In this document: positions 59,979-64,000 of the stretch, piece by piece
How the letters are laid out: each line of letters opens with the position of its first letter
How positions within the stretch are numbered: position 1 is the first letter of the stretch
From: a virus
Direction: 5' to 3' (one strand)
Virus record (IMG/VR): IMGVR_UViG_3300042691_032761
DNA length: 64,000 bases
Notes under the pieces: model-generated
What the model was told of the DNA's origin: nothing
Databases searched by the model: none
The model's input: the letters and a program-made list of their open reading frames with translations, nothing else
Program-made: the position numbers and the translations under genes

Positions 59979-60782
59979 TCACTTTGTAGCACTATTCAAT
60001 ACTATTGTAGCAGAAGGTAGATCTGTGTCAAGTCCATTTGCTTCGATTTCAATTATCTGTTGTATCCAATCAAAATGATCGCTAACTCTGGTGTGTCCTG
60101 ACTCATCTGTGTACGAAGAATCTGTTACATTGTCTGTTGCCATAACACAAGAATTTATTCCAGCTAATTTTTTATTGATAAATAGTCCTCCTCCACTATC
60201 TCCGCTAGATATTAAAAACTCCAAAGAAGTTCTATCTCTAGCACTAGGAGTACAAATCAATAATCCTCTATCAATATGTTCTATTTTGTTTGATCCTGCT
60301 CTCCTTTGCCCATCATATTTGCTAGACCCTGTGTCAAAAGTTCCAAAAATGCCAAATCCACATATTGCAGATATTTGTCCTACTTCGTCTCTGTCAGAAT
60401 ATAATTCTGGATAAAAATCTAACTCAAAGTCTTGATCTGTAAATCCTATTGCTAAATCATTATAACCAAAAATATTTTCTTGAAAATTTGAAGGCATGAT
60501 TATTTTTCTCAAAGGAATTTTTTTTCCATCAAGGACCGCAAAACATTCCTGACTATCTGCAATTACATGAGCCGCAGTCAAAATAACTTTTGGTCTGATA
60601 ATAATGGCAGAAGCAGCATACTGATGGTTATTTTTGTATCTTCCAATAAGTCTACTAATACATCTAAATTTTTTACCATACTCCACATATTTGTTATCTG
60701 GAACATCTGGGTGCATTGTTCCAGCACTCGCTGAACAAATAGAGACAAAAATAGTTAATAGTAATACTAATACTTGTCTCAT
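59979..60782 (-). CDS. Secreted trypsin-like (S1) serine protease
   Basis: Signal peptide; LTAAHV, DLA and GDSGGG catalytic-triad motifs. Confidence 0.9.
   Translation of the reverse strand: MRQVLVLLLTIFVSICSASAGTMHPDVPDNKYVEYGKKFRCISRLIGRYKNNHQYAASAIIIRPKVILTAAHVIADSQECFAVLDGKKIPLRKIIMPSNFQENIFGYNDLAIGFTDQDFELDFYPELYSDRDEVGQISAICGFGIFGTFDTGSSKYDGQRRAGSNKIEHIDRGLLICTPSARDRTSLEFLISSGDSGGGLFINKKLAGINSCVMATDNVTDSSYTDESGHTRVSDHFDWIQQIIEIEANGLDTDLPSATIVLNSATK
60004..60031 (-). promoter_or_regulatory. Sigma70-like promoter TTGACA-N16-TACAAT
   Basis: Plus-strand TGTCAA at 60026-60031 and ATTGTA at 60004-60009, inside the 3' end of the protease gene. Confidence 0.6.
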
Positions 60783-60804
60783 TTTATGTTCCTTTATTAA
60801 GGAG

Positions 60805-61806
60805 TTACAAAACTTTTGACGCTATTAAGCAGCCCTTTGCTACAGCGTGTAGAGCATCTTTTGCATGAATAACTTCTTTTATCTGTAGAGGAAAATTATT
60901 TTCATTTAATTTTTCTTGAAATTTTTCAATATATCCGTTGGCCTGAGAAGTTCCTCCTGCAACAACAATCTTTAATGGATCTTTAAATTTTGGTAAAGAT
61001 TTGTGACCTGTTAAAGCAACGCTTAATTGTTTTGTAGTATAATCAATTAACCTATCATAATACGCTGATACGGCAGCAAGCACCGGGTTTTCGTTGGACT
61101 CCCCGATTTTAAAACCACCGCCCTCTTTCTCTGCTTGAACAACACTGTCGGGTTCTCCGGTGGCTACAGCACTCATACGGTCAATCCAATCTCCAGACTT
61201 GGTAGTGCTGAATACAACAGTTGGTTCACCGTTCAGCATGACGCATACATTGGTCATACCAGCACCACAACTTATGCCTATTCCAGTATAATCGGTATCT
61301 TCTAGTTCAGCATAACATAATGCTTCTGCTTCATTAATTGCTCTTGCATCATATCCACATTCGCCAAGAATAGTCTTTACAACATCTTCGTGATATCCAA
61401 CATCAAAATCTTCATCCTCTTGATCAACTGGTTGTGCTGGTATGCAAAATACTATTTTTTCTCCCTCAGTTTCTGCTTTACCGGCAACTTCTTTCAGAAT
61501 AAAAGCTAAGATTTTTTTTGCATCTTTTTCTTTTGCTGAGACTACTCCTTTGAACATTGGTCTTTTTGCTGTGTCGTTTCTTTCTATTGCTTTCTCAATA
61601 GCGTCTTTGCCTAATAGAATGAATGACCCATCGCTGTCCTTAATAAAGACTTTTCCGGACAATCCTTTTTCTATCATTTTTGTTGCAACTGGTGTCGTTG
61701 GCTTTATGATATAAAAAGCATCACGAAAATCTTTGTATGTTATGCCATCTGTTGATTCAGAAGATAGCACAATAAAACTAGTCCCAACATCCAGGCCCTT
61801 TGACAT
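60805..61806 (-). CDS. Actin-fold ATPase, volactin/MamK-like
   Basis: Phosphate-1 GLDVGT, connect-1 INEAEA, phosphate-2 GISCGAGMTN, adenosine VAGGTS and connect-2 VAKG. Confidence 0.85.
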   Translation of the reverse strand: MSKGLDVGTSFIVLSSESTDGITYKDFRDAFYIIKPTTPVATKMIEKGLSGKVFIKDSDGSFILLGKDAIEKAIERNDTAKRPMFKGVVSAKEKDAKKILAFILKEVAGKAETEGEKIVFCIPAQPVDQEDEDFDVGYHEDVVKTILGECGYDARAINEAEALCYAELEDTDYTGIGISCGAGMTNVCVMLNGEPTVVFSTTKSGDWIDRMSAVATGEPDSVVQAEKEGGGFKIGESNENPVLAAVSAYYDRLIDYTTKQLSVALTGHKSLPKFKDPLKIVVAGGTSQANGYIEKFQEKLNENNFPLQIKEVIHAKDALHAVAKGCLIASKVL

Positions 61807-61808
61807 AA

Positions 61809-62117
61809 TTATCCTCGCATATTTTTAAGTTTATTTATTGCTGTTGATATTTGTTCTTGACTCTGTTTGGTGTCTCCTAGAGAGTCATACTTTTTTTCTA
61901 GATTGTCTGTTTTTATGTCTATAACTACTTTTGAAGAATCAATATCTATCTTTTTTGATTCTTTTTGCTCTATTTTCTGTTTATCAAAGAAAGAAACATT
62001 TTTTTCCTGAGTATAATATACACCATTTTGATTTTTTAATTGTCCAATAATATAGCCAAATAGAAAAAAGACAATATTAAAAGTAATTAGTATAATGTAT
62101 ATTATATATTCTTGCAT
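61809..62117 (-). CDS. Single-pass membrane protein upstream of the actin-like gene
   Basis: N-terminal TM (IIYIILITFNIVFFLFGYIIG), charged tail ending in an amphipathic helix; 2-nt gap to the actin-like gene. Confidence 0.7.
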   Translation of the reverse strand: MQEYIIYIILITFNIVFFLFGYIIGQLKNQNGVYYTQEKNVSFFDKQKIEQKESKKIDIDSSKVVIDIKTDNLEKKYDSLGDTKQSQEQISTAINKLKNMRG

Positions 62118-62118
62118 A

Positions 62119-63009
62119 TTATATTTTACCCAGGACTCTGCCCTTATGTGTTCTTTGTATAAATCCTTTTCTTACAAGATATGGCTCTATACTATTCTCG
62201 ATAGTATCTATAGCAATACCGGTCAATGAGGATATAGATTTTAGACCAAGAGGATTTCCAATATTTTTCTTTAATACACTGATGTAGTCTCTATCATAGA
62301 TATCAAATCCATTAGAGTCTATTCCTTGTATATTAAATATTTCATCCACAGTCATTGATTTTTTTTGAGTTAACACACAGTTTTTATACCACTGCAACCT
62401 AGCATTTAAAATTCTTGGAGTTCCTTTGCTTCTACGAGCAATCTCAAAAAGATCAGACTCTGAAACATTTAGTCCGAACTTTTTTGCGTTTAACCCTGCT
62501 AGTTTGGCTAACTCATCCTCAGTGTAGAACGACAAATGCTCTTTAATAGAGAACCTATCATAAAACGGTTGACTCAAACTTCCACCACTAGTTGTTGCAC
62601 CAACAAGAGTAAATAGTGGGATCTCGATAGTCTCTGGTTCATCTTTATTTGATAAAGTCAAAACAAAATCTTCCATTACCGGATACAAGAATTCTTCAAC
62701 TAGTTTTGGAAGCCTATGAATTTCATCTATAAAAAGAACTGATCTTGGTGCAAGTCCGATTAGGTATGGAATTAAATTTTTTATACTTCTAAGATTTGCA
62801 GCATTTAAAGTATATAGATTTGCATTTAATTCATTAGCAATTGCACTAGCAATAGTAGTTTTGCCCAAACCCGGAGGCCCATCAATTAAGATATGAGGCA
62901 CTACACTGTTGGTTATGTTGCATCCACCAATTATTATTTGCAATCTATTGATTACTTCTGATTGACCAATAATATCTTCAAAATTTGTAGGACGAATAGA
63001 ATTTGACAT
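62119..63009 (-). CDS. ruvB: Holliday junction branch-migration ATPase RuvB
   Basis: GPPGLGKTT, FIDEIHRL, LYPVMED, GATT, GTPRI and EPYL motifs. Confidence 0.95.
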   Translation of the reverse strand: MSNSIRPTNFEDIIGQSEVINRLQIIIGGCNITNSVVPHILIDGPPGLGKTTIASAIANELNANLYTLNAANLRSIKNLIPYLIGLAPRSVLFIDEIHRLPKLVEEFLYPVMEDFVLTLSNKDEPETIEIPLFTLVGATTSGGSLSQPFYDRFSIKEHLSFYTEDELAKLAGLNAKKFGLNVSESDLFEIARRSKGTPRILNARLQWYKNCVLTQKKSMTVDEIFNIQGIDSNGFDIYDRDYISVLKKNIGNPLGLKSISSLTGIAIDTIENSIEPYLVRKGFIQRTHKGRVLGKI

Positions 63010-63020
63010 ATTTTCTCCAA

Positions 63021-63419
63021 TTATTTATCTTTGATCCAAAACACAAAATCATTTACCTCATCATCAAATGCCATCTCAACCAATCCCTTGTTGACTAGCC
63101 CGTTCAAAATATTACTAGTCATTCTGTCTCCTAAAGCAAGAAGTATTTCTTCAAATATTTTATCATTAATTATGTATGATATTTTTTTTGTCTTTTTATT
63201 TTTTTCACTTTTTGCTAACGATTTTATTATTAATTCTGACTCCGAATAAGACAAGACTCTATCCAGTTCTTCTTGTTCTTCTTGCGAAAGTTTGGCATAT
63301 AGTTCTTCTGTATTATGGTTATTTTTACCAAAATTATTGAATAGCATTAATCGGGTAGAATTAATAAAACCATCTAGATCTTTTACTTTGTACCAGTTAT
63401 CATCATTTATAGAACTCAT
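63021..63419 (-). CDS. Hypothetical protein
   Basis: Co-oriented ORF ending LVNKGLVEMAFD...FVFW. Confidence 0.6.
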   Translation of the reverse strand: MSSINDDNWYKVKDLDGFINSTRLMLFNNFGKNNHNTEELYAKLSQEEQEELDRVLSYSESELIIKSLAKSEKNKKTKKISYIINDKIFEEILLALGDRMTSNILNGLVNKGLVEMAFDDEVNDFVFWIKDK

Positions 63420-63427
63420 AGTATTTC

Positions 63428-63796
63428 CTAATTAAGTATTTCGTACAATCCCTTATAATAATTTGGTTGAGATAAAAAATGCCCAGCATGACTTTGTAAA
63501 TGTTTGACATATTCGCTCGCTAGTTTGTCTTGTATAAAGTGTTTCTTTTTCCACACTCCTTCATTCCAATAGTTGTTCCCCAAGTATAGGGAGGTTTTAT
63601 CCTCCGCTATACTGGAGAGCCAACTACTCACAGGTAACGAAATCGGCTTGAATCCTTCTGGTAACAATGGCGTCTCATAGGATTCTGACAGTTTTTTAAT
63701 CAGACTATCCATATATTTCTGTATCCAATCAGTATCTATCTGAAAATAGAATTTGTATGGATCATCGTTGTATTCTGGATCATCTGGATTATTCAT
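63428..63796 (-). CDS. Hypothetical protein
   Basis: ATG at 63796 immediately follows the upstream stop. Confidence 0.55.
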   Translation of the reverse strand: MNNPDDPEYNDDPYKFYFQIDTDWIQKYMDSLIKKLSESYETPLLPEGFKPISLPVSSWLSSIAEDKTSLYLGNNYWNEGVWKKKHFIQDKLASEYVKHLQSHAGHFLSQPNYYKGLYEILN

Positions 63797-63798
63797 TT

Positions 63799-63999
63799 TC
63801 AGCCTACACAAAACTTGTCGCTAATCTGATTTGCCAAGTCTCTGGCAGCACCAGAAAGGAATCGGTTGTTGCTGAAATACAACGCTGTGGACGCTTGGTT
63901 GAGGTACTCGACCACCGTTTTTAAAAGTTTGGCTTGCTCCCCAGTGAGAACTAAACCAGCACCAGCGGGACCACCAAGATCATCCGTACCAGTGTGGTT
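63799..63999 (-). CDS. 3' end of a gene truncated by the window edge
   Basis: Open frame NHTGTDDLGGPAGAG...SDKFCVG* ending at TGA 63799-63801. Confidence 0.6.
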   Translation of the reverse strand, partial: NHTGTDDLGGPAGAGLVLTGEQAKLLKTVVEYLNQASTALYFSNNRFLSGAARDLANQISDKFCVG

Positions 64000-64000
64000 A

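Noticed and set aside
60805-62117. Classical ParMRC plasmid partition system
   Set aside because: The neighbouring gene encodes a TM protein rather than a ribbon-helix-helix adaptor, and no centromere-like repeat array is nearby.
1-64000. Alternative genetic code (stop-codon reassignment), as in some large phages
   Set aside because: Conserved genes are full length in code 11, and TAA, TGA and TAG all end genes at tight junctions.
63800-64000. GC-richer terminal stretch as a possible tRNA or ncRNA
   Set aside because: No cloverleaf was found; it reads as an open minus-strand frame ending just before the next ATG.
1-64000. Bacterial chromosome or eukaryotic giant virus origin
   Set aside because: Phage-type gene mix and density, SD sites and sigma70 promoters, bacterial-type DnaE/DnaB/RecA, and no ribosomal or NCLDV core genes. 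Hallmark capsid and terminase genes are not in this window, so the phage call remains an inference.

Overview
A gene-dense, AT-rich (about 30% GC by eye) segment of a large tailed-phage genome read in the standard bacterial code. Positions 1-11806 (+) hold three very large, probably virion-associated proteins, two of them strikingly Cys-rich, plus a small Cys-motif protein. Everything from 11807 to the end is on the - strand in tightly coupled operons. These encode: a degenerate glycosyltransferase block; a replication/recombination block (SSB, DnaE split into two genes with a DEDDh exonuclease between them and no intein, Cas4/AddB-like nuclease, dNMP kinase, primase, DnaB, RecA); PhoH, class II RNR and dCMP deaminase; a membrane-protein/papain-like peptidase/holin-like cluster; a DeoC homologue lacking its catalytic lysines; ClpP; a sigma factor; GuaC; a nucleotide-sugar cluster (ColD-like and Fcl/ColC-like enzymes, split transketolase, glycosyltransferases); a SET/NDT/macrodomain trio; a secreted trypsin-like protease; an actin-fold protein resembling haloarchaeal volactin next to a small membrane protein; and RuvB. 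No terminase, capsid, tRNA, rRNA, CRISPR array or integrase was recognised. A Planctomycetota-like host is a tentative inference. All family calls come from motif recognition by eye, not database searches.
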